A stretch of DNA of 64,000 nt from an uncultured Gammaproteobacteria bacterium (lineage in GTDB: Bacteria > Patescibacteriota > Patescibacteriia > UBA11705 > DATKZF01): the NCBI GenBank assembly GCA_964411255.1, contig CAYPKD010000005.1, positions 5,547 to 69,546 on the forward strand, written 5' to 3'. Positions 39,724 to 49,640 of this stretch are shown one piece after another. The notes under the pieces are model-generated. The model made no database searches and was not told the origin of the DNA. It was given only the letters and a program-made list of their open reading frames with translations. Every line of letters starts with the position of its first letter. Position 1 is the stretch's first letter. The translations under genes were made by a program, and so were the position numbers.

Positions 39724-41076
39724 TTAAACTCCGAGTTGCTTAAGTAAGGGCTTCATGGCAATCATTTGATCCAGTTTTTCACCAACGGTAACCATACCGA
39801 CTTTGGTTTGAAAGCATAATCTTTTCCATTCGTCTTCAATTCTATTTACATAATCCCGTGCATTTGTTGGCAGTTCGATAAATTCCCTACATTTGCCAGT
39901 TGGTTTGAACCAACCAGGAACAGTGAGATTTACTGGCTGGCATTCATACCATTTTTGAATATCAGCTGGCGGGAATTCTAAACTTTTTCCTTCATAATTC
40001 CAGTTATACGTGACTGGAATTTTTTCAAGACCTCCCAAGACATCCAGCTTAGTAAAAGCGACTAAGTCTGGTTGAGCCATTCTGAGCGCATGACGCAAAA
40101 GTACATGATCAAGAGGACCACATCGACGCGGTCTTCTAGTAGTTACACCAAATTCATCACCATTTTTTCTAACTTGCTTTCCGAAGAATTCCAAATCTTC
40201 ACCTGGAATTGGTCCGCTGCCCACTCTGGTTGTGTAAAGCTTGGCAATACCTAAGGTAAAAGCAATATCTTTTAATGACAGACCAGCGTGACCCAAAAGA
40301 CCGCCGGGTGTGGTTAAAGAAGAAGTGACAAATGGATAAGTTCCGACAATTCTATCCAGTAAAAGACCTTGGCCTGGTTCGATGATTCCTATTTCGCCGT
40401 TTTTCCTAATTTTCTCAAAAAGCTCAATAGTATCGCCAACATTATTTGAAAAACCATGTGCCATCTCCAGAATTAAATCAAGATCAAACTTTTCTTCAGG
40501 CAGATTGCAGCCTTTAAGGAAAGCATTGGCCAGTTTATAAGCCATTTCGATTTTTTGTTCAGCTCTTTTTCGACTATCAAGCAAATCACTGAAAGTCGGC
40601 CCGAACCGGAATGCTTGCATGGCATATGTTGGCCCAATGGCATTGGCTGTGGTACCAATGTTATCTTTGCCTTTTAATTCCTCAAGCGCTTTTTCAAGGG
40701 TTTTATATACTGGCAGAATGATTTGAGCCCGGCAGTCAATTACAGTTCGATTGACATCAACGTCTTGTTGGCTTAGAACATCCATTTCTAATTGTAATTT
40801 TTCAAGATCAATTACTGTGCCAGCACCAATGATAGCAGTGATGTCAGGATCAAAAACTGCCAGCGGCATATTATGACTTTTGCAAAAAATACCATTGTCG
40901 TCTCTATAGCTATGACCAGAATTTCCGCCGCCATTAGGCTTGATTGCCCACCTGATTTTTAGACCATTTTGTTTTAGGAATTTTGCCAGCCTAAGAGCAA
41001 TTGATCCCTTGGCATTATCTCCCCATAATAAATCAACTAGTTGTATAAATTTACCTGCCAGGTTATTTGGTGGCAT
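39724..41076 (-). CDS. purA: adenylosuccinate synthetase family protein with non-canonical GTP-site motifs
   Basis: clear PurA fold (GTYPFVTSS, YTTRVGSGP, TTRRPRR, TKLDVL), but the P-loop is GDNAKGS (canonical GDEGKGK), GNSGHS (GHNAGHT) and GTTANAIGP (GTTGRGIGP). Confidence 0.75.
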   Translation of the reverse strand: MPPNNLAGKFIQLVDLLWGDNAKGSIALRLAKFLKQNGLKIRWAIKPNGGGNSGHSYRDDNGIFCKSHNMPLAVFDPDITAIIGAGTVIDLEKLQLEMDVLSQQDVDVNRTVIDCRAQIILPVYKTLEKALEELKGKDNIGTTANAIGPTYAMQAFRFGPTFSDLLDSRKRAEQKIEMAYKLANAFLKGCNLPEEKFDLDLILEMAHGFSNNVGDTIELFEKIRKNGEIGIIEPGQGLLLDRIVGTYPFVTSSLTTPGGLLGHAGLSLKDIAFTLGIAKLYTTRVGSGPIPGEDLEFFGKQVRKNGDEFGVTTRRPRRCGPLDHVLLRHALRMAQPDLVAFTKLDVLGGLEKIPVTYNWNYEGKSLEFPPADIQKWYECQPVNLTVPGWFKPTGKCREFIELPTNARDYVNRIEDEWKRLCFQTKVGMVTVGEKLDQMIAMKPLLKQLGV

Positions 41077-41179
41077 TAGATGCCCTCCTTTCCCTTTTTC
41101 AAGGAACTTGAGCCCCTGTATATCTTAGTCAAATAAGGGGATTTGGTCAAGGGCTTTTCAGGTAACATGTAGCATGTAT

Positions 41180-41215
41180 CAAAAAACCGACAGGCAAGCT
41201 GTTCGGTTTTTAAAT
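41180..41215 (-). terminator. bidirectional terminator
   Basis: aaaaccgacaggcaagctgttcggttttt. Confidence 0.55.
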
Positions 41216-41220
41216 TCGTT

Positions 41221-42198
41221 TTATTTTACTAATCCGATTTGTTCTTTTACCCGTTCCAATGTTTGTGAAGCAACTTTTTGTGCGTTTTCTGCTCCTTTTT
41301 CTAAAATTTTTAAAACCTTTTTATCATCAAGTTCATTTATTTTATCTTGAATAGGATTTAGAAATTCAATAATTTTTTCAGCTAAGTCTTTTTTAAAATT
41401 ACCATAACCTTTGCCTGCATATTTTTTTTCAATTGATTTGATTTCTTCGCCAGTTACTAAGTGGTAAATGGTTAACAGATTGGAAACCGCAGGTTTATCA
41501 TCAGCATATTTTATTTCAGATCCAGAATCAGTGACTGCTTTCATTATTTTTTTGCGAATTAAATCTGGCTGATCTGTTATTGCAATATAATTATATTCTG
41601 AAGCGGCAGATTTGCTCATCTTTTGTGTTGGGTCATCGAGCCCCATCAAGCGGGCACCATGTTCTGGCACAAAAGTTTTCGGTACTTTTAGAGCATCCCC
41701 ATACAAATTATTAAACTTCTTGGCAACTGTTCTGGTTAATTCAACATGCTGCATCTGATCTTCACCTACTGGGACAACATCAGTGTCATAAAGCAAAATA
41801 TCTGCAGCCATTAGTACTGGATAGGTGAAAAGACCGGCATTGATATTTTCCTTATGTTTTTGTGCCTTGTCTTTAAATTGAGTCATCCGCTCTAATTCAG
41901 CAATCGGAGTAATAGTGCTTAGGATCCAGGACAGCTCAGTATGTTCAGATAAATGTGATTGAATAAATAACGTGCATTTTTTTGGATCAAGTCCAGCAGC
42001 AATAAATATTTTTGCCAGATTCAAAGTATTTTGTCTTAATATTTCAGGTTGCTGATAAACTGTTAAGGCATGGAGATCAACTATACAAAAATAAGAATCA
42101 TATTCATTTATGAAGTTAAGCCAGTTTTTTATTGCGCCAAAGTAATTTCCGAGATGAATTATACCGCTTGGCTGGATTCCACTTAAAATTCTTTTCAT
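41221..42198 (-). CDS. trpS: tryptophan--tRNA ligase
   Basis: class I N-terminal motif GIQPSG..HLGNY; KMSKS. Confidence 0.9.
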   Translation of the reverse strand: MKRILSGIQPSGIIHLGNYFGAIKNWLNFINEYDSYFCIVDLHALTVYQQPEILRQNTLNLAKIFIAAGLDPKKCTLFIQSHLSEHTELSWILSTITPIAELERMTQFKDKAQKHKENINAGLFTYPVLMAADILLYDTDVVPVGEDQMQHVELTRTVAKKFNNLYGDALKVPKTFVPEHGARLMGLDDPTQKMSKSAASEYNYIAITDQPDLIRKKIMKAVTDSGSEIKYADDKPAVSNLLTIYHLVTGEEIKSIEKKYAGKGYGNFKKDLAEKIIEFLNPIQDKINELDDKKVLKILEKGAENAQKVASQTLERVKEQIGLVK

Positions 42199-42206
42199 AT
42201 ATTTTT

Positions 42207-42244
42207 AGATTGGTAGATCGGTAGATTTGTAGATTGGTAGTTAG
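42207..42244 (+). repeat. left inverted-repeat arm: 4 NNNGGTAG octamers
   Basis: attggtag atcggtag atttgtag attggtag; inverted partner at 42675-42709. Confidence 0.5.
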
Positions 42245-42246
42245 AA

Positions 42247-42629
42247 TTATTTATTATTTAATTCTTTAGTTTTTGAATTTGTCATTTTATTCAACATTCG
42301 CATGACTTCATTTAATAAATTATCAACTTTTAAAAAATTTAATTTTTTTCCAAATGGTAGACGATTGGCAATTTCTATTTGAGTTTCTAATTCTGCCCCG
42401 GAAGCATATGCTACTATTAAAAAGTGACGATATTCTTTTATTGTTAGTCGTTTTTTTCCTTCAGCGATATTCGAGGGGATAGATATAGCTGTTTTTCGTG
42501 TATGTTGAATTAATCCAAATGATTCAATTTTCGGATATTATTCTGTTAATTCATAGACCGCGACAACTAAATCCATTGCTTTTTGCCAAACAATTAATTT
42601 CCGGTAATCCCCAGGTTGATTAATTTCAT
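42247..42629 (-). pseudogene. four-helix-bundle protein gene (23S rRNA intervening-sequence type), decayed
   Basis: minus strand encodes LIVWQKAMDLVVAVYELTE*YPKIESFGLIQHTRKTAISIPSNIAEGKKRLTIKEYRHFLIVAYASGAELETQIEIANRL...; one in-frame TAA and an N-terminal frameshift relative to the ATG at 42629. Confidence 0.7.
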
Positions 42630-42674
42630 TTTAAAATAATTTCCCATGTACTTTTATCCTATCATTTAAATCTC

Positions 42675-42709
42675 TACTGATCTACCAATCTACCGCCCTA
42701 CCGAACTAA
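42675..42709 (+). repeat. right inverted-repeat arm: 4 CTACCNNN octamers
   Basis: ctactgat ctaccaat ctaccgcc ctaccgaa is the reverse complement of the 42207-42244 array type. Confidence 0.5.
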
Positions 42710-42713
42710 CTTA

Positions 42714-44444
42714 TTAAATTTCAATAACTACAGGCAAGACCATTGGTCTTCTTTTAGTTTTCTTAAATAAGAATGAGCCTACTTCATTTCGTAGCCTATT
42801 TTTTATGTTATTTGGATCTGACGGGCATTTTGGATTTTTATCTTTGATAATTTTTCGGACAAGGCTGCGGGCGTTTTCAACTAATTCCCGGCTTTCTTTC
42901 ATATATATAAATCCTCTGGAAATAATGTCCGGACTTCCGATTAATTCTCCGGTTTTTCGGCTAATAGTGGCAATGACCACAAACATGCCATCTTCTGACA
43001 TCTGCCTTCTGTCTCTTAACACAATATTACTGATATCGCCGACACCCAGTCCATCAACCATTACGTATTCGGTTGGTACTCGTTTTTTTGTCAAGGTACC
43101 TCTTGCTGTTTTGCCGCGCTTTGTAAATTCAATAATTTGTCCATTATCAGCAATAAAAATATTAGATGCAGGAATGCCCATACTTTCTGCTACCTCTGCA
43201 TTTCCGCGTAACATAAAATGATTGGCTTCAATCGGGATGTAGTATTGTGGTTTTAGCAATCTGATAAGCATTTTTACATCTTCTTGTTTGGCATGTCCGC
43301 CAGCATGAACGTCCATTAGCTTATTATGAAATAATTTTGCTCCCTGGCGGGTTAGCGTGTCTTTAAGGCTTTGAATTGTTCGTTCATTACCTGGAATTAC
43401 TGAAGACGAAAATATAACAGTGTCGCCTTTTGCAATACTTAAAAATCGATGATCATTATTTGCAATTCTCATTAGAACAGCATTATTTTCGCCTTGAGCA
43501 CCTGTTCCAATAACCACTTGTTTGTTTGCAGGCAGTCGCAAAAACGGTCCTTGTTCGACAATTGTACCAGGCTTAATTTTTAAATAACCTAATTTATGAG
43601 CAATTTCAACATTAGAAACCATACTCCGGCCATCTAAATAAACTTTTTTGCCATATCTTTCAGATATGCTGATTAATTGCTGCACTCGATTTAGTGACGA
43701 GGCAAATGTCCCGACAATAATTCTACCCGGAGCCACTTTGAAAATTTTATCAATATCTTCGCCAACTGTACTTTCAGATATTTGATAACCCGGCTGCATG
43801 GCGTTTGTACTGTCAGACATTAAAGCCAATACTCCGCTTGCTCCTATTTGTGCAATTCTGTTTAAATCAGCAGGTTTATCATTGACTGGATTAAAGTCGA
43901 TTTTAAAGTCACCTGTATGAACAATATTTCCGACAGGGGAGTTAATAACGACTCCAAAACTGTCCGGAATGTTATGATTAACCCTGAAAAAGTTGACTCG
44001 GAGTTTCCCAAGCTGGATATTGTCTTTTTCCGGATCAATAATCTGAATGTTTAGTTTTTGAGTTTTGAATTCCTCATGCCGTTTTTGGATCATTCCTGCC
44101 GTTAGTTTTGCAGTGTAAATTGGTGGGAAGCTAAGCTTTGGCATTAAGTATGAAATTGCACCAATATGGTCAAGGTGACCATGAGTGATAATTACACCTT
44201 TAATTTTTTTGAGCTTGTCTTCCAGGTAAGTGATGTCTGGGATAATAAAATCAATACCAGGCATGTGTTCTTCTGGAAATTGAAGTCCCATATCGATTAA
44301 GACAATGTCATTGCCATATTCGATCAGGGTCATGTTCCGGCCGACTTCTTCCAGTCCGCCTAAAACAATGATTTTTAGTTTGTTAGAAGATTCTCTGCTA
44401 GTCCATTTTCGTCTAACAGGTCTTTTTGTTTGTTTTCGAATCAT
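42714..44444 (-). CDS. rnj: ribonuclease J
   Basis: metallo-beta-lactamase HGHLDHIG motif; beta-CASP architecture. Confidence 0.9.
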   Translation of the reverse strand: MIRKQTKRPVRRKWTSRESSNKLKIIVLGGLEEVGRNMTLIEYGNDIVLIDMGLQFPEEHMPGIDFIIPDITYLEDKLKKIKGVIITHGHLDHIGAISYLMPKLSFPPIYTAKLTAGMIQKRHEEFKTQKLNIQIIDPEKDNIQLGKLRVNFFRVNHNIPDSFGVVINSPVGNIVHTGDFKIDFNPVNDKPADLNRIAQIGASGVLALMSDSTNAMQPGYQISESTVGEDIDKIFKVAPGRIIVGTFASSLNRVQQLISISERYGKKVYLDGRSMVSNVEIAHKLGYLKIKPGTIVEQGPFLRLPANKQVVIGTGAQGENNAVLMRIANNDHRFLSIAKGDTVIFSSSVIPGNERTIQSLKDTLTRQGAKLFHNKLMDVHAGGHAKQEDVKMLIRLLKPQYYIPIEANHFMLRGNAEVAESMGIPASNIFIADNGQIIEFTKRGKTARGTLTKKRVPTEYVMVDGLGVGDISNIVLRDRRQMSEDGMFVVIATISRKTGELIGSPDIISRGFIYMKESRELVENARSLVRKIIKDKNPKCPSDPNNIKNRLRNEVGSFLFKKTKRRPMVLPVVIEI

Positions 44445-44550
44445 ATTCTAAAGTTTTTTTCGTGGCATGTTGATAAGGTTTTTTGAAAATAAAAAATATT
44501 ATTTGCCACCATTTGTTGATTAATTTATTAATATTGAAGCAAGTAAAGTT

Positions 44551-46395
44551 TTACTTAGACCAAGCTCTTTTTGTTTTAATATACCAATTTGAGATATTAG
44601 CAAAACGATGAGCAGGAGTAATTATTTGATGAGATCCTGAACCATTAATTTTTTTAGTAACAGGATATGTATAGGTAGGATTAAATAGAAAAATAGCTGG
44701 AATTTCTTCACTGATAATTTTTTGAAATTCAATATATTTTTTTCCTCTTTCTTCATTTGAAGTGGTGTTTCTGGCTTCTTCAAGCAATTTATCAGCTTTG
44801 GCATTTCTAAAACAAGACAGGTTCAAACCTGGATGTTGGCATTGGCTGGAATGCCAAAATGGATAGGGATCAGGGTCGTAACCCAGTATTTCTCCGTAAA
44901 GCAAAATTTCATAATTTCTTTCTTTTATTAAACTTCGCTGAATTTCATTAGCATCTAAAATATTTAGATTTGTTTTTACTCCGATCTGCTGCCAGAACTG
45001 CTGAATTCCTTTGGCTATTTTTTCAAATTCTGCCTGATTAGGGGCGGTAATTGTTAATTCTAAAAATTTATCATCTTTTTTTCTAACTTTAAAAGGATAT
45101 AGTTCGTCTGAATTTTCATTAGAATAGTCAGTCGATTTCCAGCCGGCTTCATCAAGTATTTTTTTTGCTTCTTCGACATTAAAATTATATTTTTTTATAT
45201 CATCAGAAAATCCGATGTAGCCTGGTAAAATAGGACTCTCAATAGTAGAAGCAGATTCCTCATAGACAGAATTTTTTATTTGCTCTTTATTAATGGCAAA
45301 AGCAAGGCTTTGTCTGACTGCTTTGTTTTTCAAAAGATCGTTTTTATTTTGATTTAAAAACAATGCAATGTATTGAGGCAGGGAGAACTGCTGGAAGTTA
45401 ACGCTTCTGTTATTAAATATTTTTTCTTTAAATTGCCCAGGCAGATAACTAATGCTTTCAATGTTCTTATTATTCAAAGCATCAATGGCGCTGTTAAAGT
45501 CTGGATAAAATTTAAAAGTCAATTGATCAATAAAAGGTTGGTCGCCATGATATAAATCATTTTTTACTAAGGTAATGCTTTTTATTGCACCATTTCTTTC
45601 TTTGGTAAGAGATTTTATCTTATATCGGCCGTTGCCAATTGGCTTTAAATTATATTCAGCCAAATTCATGTTTTCAGCGGGAATGTCTATCAGTATATGT
45701 TCTGGCAGAATGCCAAATGACAATGACTCAATGAACAGAGCAAAAGGTTTTTCCAAAGTGAATTTGACAGTATAATCATCCAGCTTTTCTGTTTGCACGC
45801 CACTGAAATTAAAAATTAAAGGACTTTTCGTATTTGGATCCTTAATTCTATCTATGGTGAATAAAATATCATCTGCATTTATTTTTTCATTATCATCCCA
45901 GAAAAGGTCTTCTCTTAGATGAAATGTATACACTTTCTGATCTTCACTAATATCGTATGACGCGGCCATATCATTGACCAGGCCCTTGTCTGGCTCAAAC
46001 TTTAATAAGCCAGAAAATAAAAGATAGCTTAAATCCAGATCAACATCATTTGTCTGCGCCAAAATAGGATTTATATATTGAGGCGATCCGATCAATCCTT
46101 CAGTATATTCTCCGCCGGAAGCTGCGATTACATTTGAATTTATCCAATAAAAATTTATCCCAATACTGACGATGCTTAAAATAATAACGGTAGAAAGAAT
46201 TTTAATTAATATTGATTCTTTTTTTGAAAAGAATTTTTTTAGGTATTTAAGTTGCTTAAAAGATGGTAATTTTTTTTGTTTACTTAAATCCTGAACCAAT
46301 CTTTGATCCATTTTCATTTGCATTTGAACCTTTTTTAATCTAGATTGTTTCTTAGTGTTTGTTCTACTTAAAAAATTGTGAAAAGGATTATTCAC
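44551..46395 (-). CDS. ABC transporter substrate-binding protein, family 5 (peptide/nickel)
   Basis: N-terminal TM anchor; SBP_bac_5-like regions. Confidence 0.75.
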   Translation of the reverse strand: MNNPFHNFLSRTNTKKQSRLKKVQMQMKMDQRLVQDLSKQKKLPSFKQLKYLKKFFSKKESILIKILSTVIILSIVSIGINFYWINSNVIAASGGEYTEGLIGSPQYINPILAQTNDVDLDLSYLLFSGLLKFEPDKGLVNDMAASYDISEDQKVYTFHLREDLFWDDNEKINADDILFTIDRIKDPNTKSPLIFNFSGVQTEKLDDYTVKFTLEKPFALFIESLSFGILPEHILIDIPAENMNLAEYNLKPIGNGRYKIKSLTKERNGAIKSITLVKNDLYHGDQPFIDQLTFKFYPDFNSAIDALNNKNIESISYLPGQFKEKIFNNRSVNFQQFSLPQYIALFLNQNKNDLLKNKAVRQSLAFAINKEQIKNSVYEESASTIESPILPGYIGFSDDIKKYNFNVEEAKKILDEAGWKSTDYSNENSDELYPFKVRKKDDKFLELTITAPNQAEFEKIAKGIQQFWQQIGVKTNLNILDANEIQRSLIKERNYEILLYGEILGYDPDPYPFWHSSQCQHPGLNLSCFRNAKADKLLEEARNTTSNEERGKKYIEFQKIISEEIPAIFLFNPTYTYPVTKKINGSGSHQIITPAHRFANISNWYIKTKRAWSK

Positions 46396-46413
46396 ACAGT
46401 TTATTATTAGATT

Positions 46414-46629
46414 TTAAATAATAATTTGAAGTAATGAAATACCTAAAAATAATATAGAGAGGATTATAGTTAGAGAAAATAATGTTTTTTCAATTCCTCG
46501 TTTTGTCCTATAAACAGCGCTTGTACCGCCAAAAACACCGCTTAATCCAGATCCGCGGTTTTGAAGCAAGATGGTTACTGACAGTAAAACAGCAATAGCC
46601 AACTGTACAATTGTAATTATATTTTTCAT
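46414..46629 (-). CDS. secG: preprotein translocase subunit SecG
   Basis: 71 aa, two TM helices with LQNRGSGLSGVFGG loop. Confidence 0.8.
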   Translation of the reverse strand: MKNIITIVQLAIAVLLSVTILLQNRGSGLSGVFGGTSAVYRTKRGIEKTLFSLTIILSILFLGISLLQIII

Positions 46630-46769
46630 AAGTTTTTTGTAAGAAACGTCAAATGATATTTACATTATAATTGATAAGGACATATTTGTCAATCCCTGTG
46701 TTGTTAGAAAATTTTTTTGTACTCAGTTTCATTTTTCTATGCAGTAAAAAAATGCTATAATATAAATCA

Positions 46770-47465
46770 ATGAAAGAAGCTAATAAATTGTATAAAAACT
46801 GGTGGTTTAAGCCAACAATAGTTATTATTGGCATTCTTTTGATTATAATAATGATAAACGTAAAAGTCAATAGGCCATTTGAGGATTTTATAAAAAAAAT
46901 AAAACAGGCAGCAGTGCCAATTGAAAGCACTTATAATATGGATGAGATACGAACTGACAATGATCCGTATTTGGGGATTAAAGAAGCACCTGTTCAGATT
47001 GTGGAATTCGGAGATTTTAATTGTCCGTATTGCAAGGCTTCTGTATCAATAATGAGAGAAGTACTGCTAGAGTATGAAGATGAAGTTTTTTATCAGTTCA
47101 GAGATTTTCCAGTAGTATCTGAACAATCAATATTTTTGGCAATGGCAGGCAGCTGCGCTCATGAGCAAAATAAATTTTGGGCATTACATGATTTGCTCTT
47201 TCAAAGACAGGGAGAAATTAATGAACTCAATATTAATCAGTATGCGCAAAGCGTGGGCTTGAACACCAATCAGTTTAGTGAATGTATAAGTAGTGAAAAA
47301 TTTAAAAATGAAGCAATGGAAGATTTTTTAGCTGGAGATAAATTGCAGGTCAAGGGCACGCCAACATTTTTCGTTAATGGGAACAAATTCCAGGGCGTAC
47401 CAACAAAGGAAAATTTAAAAAGAATAATTGATCAGCTTATTTTAATAGAAGAAAAAAAACAATAG
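46770..47465 (+). CDS. DsbA-like thiol:disulfide oxidoreductase (membrane-anchored)
   Basis: N-terminal TM helix; CPYC active site. Confidence 0.75.
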   Translation: MKEANKLYKNWWFKPTIVIIGILLIIIMINVKVNRPFEDFIKKIKQAAVPIESTYNMDEIRTDNDPYLGIKEAPVQIVEFGDFNCPYCKASVSIMREVLLEYEDEVFYQFRDFPVVSEQSIFLAMAGSCAHEQNKFWALHDLLFQRQGEINELNINQYAQSVGLNTNQFSECISSEKFKNEAMEDFLAGDKLQVKGTPTFFVNGNKFQGVPTKENLKRIIDQLILIEEKKQ

Positions 47466-47472
47466 TTTATAT

Positions 47473-48024
47473 ATGAAAGAAATAAGAATACATGGGCGAG
47501 GTGGTCAAGGCACAGTTACTGCAGCTGAACTTTTAGCAATGGCAATTTTTTTTGATGGCAAATATTCTCAAGCTTTTCCAAACTTTGGAGTAGAAAGAAG
47601 GGGTGCGCCTGTAGAATCATATGTTAGAATTGGCAAAAAGCCAATCAGGCTGCGTTCCCAGATTTATAAGCCAGACTTTTTAATCATTATGGATTTAAGT
47701 TTATTAGATTTGCAGCAGGTTTTAGCAGGTACAAATAAGGATACGATTGCGCTGGTTAATAGCGAGGTAAAACGAAAATTAAAGGGAATGAAATCGTATC
47801 ATATACCTGCCACTTCTGTTGCCCTAGAAGCGATTGGCAGTCCATTGCTTATCAATACGGCATTAATGGCAGCCTTTATTACAATAACTAAATTGGTTGA
47901 TTTTGATTCATTGATAAAGGCAGTACAAGAAAGATTTTTATATAAGGGAGAAGAAGTAGTTAAAAAAAATATTATTGCAATGAAAGTGGCGAAAAAATTT
48001 ATGGAAGAAGAATACAGCTTGTAA
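47473..48024 (+). CDS. porG: pyruvate:ferredoxin oxidoreductase gamma subunit
   Basis: MKEIRIHGRGGQGTVTAAELLA N-terminus typical of PorG. Confidence 0.85.
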   Translation: MKEIRIHGRGGQGTVTAAELLAMAIFFDGKYSQAFPNFGVERRGAPVESYVRIGKKPIRLRSQIYKPDFLIIMDLSLLDLQQVLAGTNKDTIALVNSEVKRKLKGMKSYHIPATSVALEAIGSPLLINTALMAAFITITKLVDFDSLIKAVQERFLYKGEEVVKKNIIAMKVAKKFMEEEYSL

Positions 48025-48034
48025 TAACAAAATT

Positions 48035-48313
48035 ATGAAAAAACCATTACATACCAAATCAGGTACAACCAAAGATAATAAAACAGGTTCATGGCGGACA
48101 TATGTGCCAGTTGTTGATCATGATAAATGCATTGCCTGCGGAATTTGCGCTCGCGTATGCCCTGAAGGATGTGTTTTTCCGGTGGGAGAAAGAGTGTTAC
48201 AGAAAAATGCTAAAATTTTTTATGAACATGACTTGGATTATTGCAAGGGCTGCGGAGTTTGCGTTGAAGAATGCCCGGTTAAGTGTATAAAAATGGTTAG
48301 AGAGGAAAAGTAA
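48035..48313 (+). CDS. porD: pyruvate:ferredoxin oxidoreductase delta subunit (2x[4Fe-4S] ferredoxin)
   Basis: CIACGICARVCP and CKGCGVCVEECP clusters. Confidence 0.85.
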   Translation: MKKPLHTKSGTTKDNKTGSWRTYVPVVDHDKCIACGICARVCPEGCVFPVGERVLQKNAKIFYEHDLDYCKGCGVCVEECPVKCIKMVREEK

Positions 48314-48414
48314 TTTAAATTTGAGAATAGTTATTTAGAAATCAGTATTAGAAATAAGATAATAAAAATAGTTTTTAAATACTAATTTCAAATTTCCATT
48401 TTCCATTACCAATT

Positions 48415-49539
48415 TTGATTTTCTATAAACTAATTTCTATGAGAAAAAACATTGAGGGATCAGAAGCAATAGCTGAGGTGGTTAAATTAATACAACCAGA
48501 AGTGGTAGCCACTTTTCCAATTACACCTCAGACTCATATAATAGAACATCTGGCTAAATATAAAGCAGATGGTGAGGTTGGTTTTGAATATATAAAAACT
48601 GAAAGTGAGTTTGCAGCAGCCTCAGTTGTTTTGGGTGCCAGCGCGATGGGGGTACGGGTATACACCGCTTCCAGCTCACAAGGATTGCTTTTAATGGGCG
48701 AGGTTTTATATGACATTGCTGGCATGAGATTGCCCGTGGTTATAACTGCAGCTAATAGGGCGATTTCCGCGCCATTAAATATTTGGAATGACCATCAGGA
48801 TGTAATGCCTTTTCGTGATGCTGGCTGGATAATGCTTTTTGCTGAGACTAATCAGGAGGCGATGGATCTGCATCTTTTGGCTTTCAAGTTGGCTGAAAAA
48901 TTATCGCTCCCAGCAATGGTTTGCATGGATGGTTTTGTCTTAACCCACACTTATGAGCCGGTTGACATTCCAAAGTTAAGCGAAGTTAAAAAGTTTTTAC
49001 CTAAATACAGGCCAAAGAAAAATACATATTTAGATGTGATTAATCCGGTTAGCCTGGGTTGTTTTGCCACCCCAGCTGATTATCAGGAAATAAGACTGGA
49101 ATTACATGAGGATTTATTAAAATCAAAAAATCTATTCATTCAGGAAGCAAAGAAATTTAAAAAGATTTTTAAACGGAATTTAAATATTATTGATTATTAC
49201 GGCCCAAAAAATGCAAAAACTGTAATTGTCGCGATGGGAGCAGCTTTAGGCACCATTAAAGAAGCTGCAGATCAGTTAAATGAAAAAGGATCAAAGGTGG
49301 GAGTATTAAAAATATCAATGCTGCGGCCTTTTCCAAAAATGGAAATAAAACATTTATTAAAAGATAAAAAAAACGTGATTGTTCTGGATCGGGCAATATC
49401 ACTGGGTTCTGGTGGTATATTATATAATGAGGTTAGAAATGCTTTATGCAATACCAATGCCAAGGTTAGCGGAGCAGTAAACGGCTTGGGTGGAAGGGAT
49501 ATTACAATTGATTTTATTAAAAAACTTATTGTAGCGTGA
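48415..49539 (+). CDS. porA: pyruvate:ferredoxin oxidoreductase alpha subunit
   Basis: PorA-like sequence; likely start is the Met at 48439 (MRKNIEGSEAIAE). Confidence 0.85.
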   Translation: MIFYKLISMRKNIEGSEAIAEVVKLIQPEVVATFPITPQTHIIEHLAKYKADGEVGFEYIKTESEFAAASVVLGASAMGVRVYTASSSQGLLLMGEVLYDIAGMRLPVVITAANRAISAPLNIWNDHQDVMPFRDAGWIMLFAETNQEAMDLHLLAFKLAEKLSLPAMVCMDGFVLTHTYEPVDIPKLSEVKKFLPKYRPKKNTYLDVINPVSLGCFATPADYQEIRLELHEDLLKSKNLFIQEAKKFKKIFKRNLNIIDYYGPKNAKTVIVAMGAALGTIKEAADQLNEKGSKVGVLKISMLRPFPKMEIKHLLKDKKNVIVLDRAISLGSGGILYNEVRNALCNTNAKVSGAVNGLGGRDITIDFIKKLIVA

Positions 49540-49557
49540 TAATTTTGAGAATTGGAG

Positions 49558-49632
49558 GTTACGGAATTACGGAAGGTTACTGATATTACGGATATCCGTA
49601 GTATCCGTAATAATCAGTAAATCCGTAATCCC
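49558..49632 (+). repeat. palindromic array of TTACGGA (x3-4) then TCCGTAA (x3) heptamers
   Basis: ggttacggaattacggaaggttac..attacggatatccgtagtatccgtaa..aatccgtaatcc between porA and the inserted gene. Confidence 0.5.
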
Positions 49633-49640
49633 TAATAAAT

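Noticed and set aside
42207-42709. CRISPR array interpretation of the GGTAG and TTACGGA repeat clusters
   Set aside because: The repeat units are only 7-8 nt with no unique spacers between them and no cas genes.
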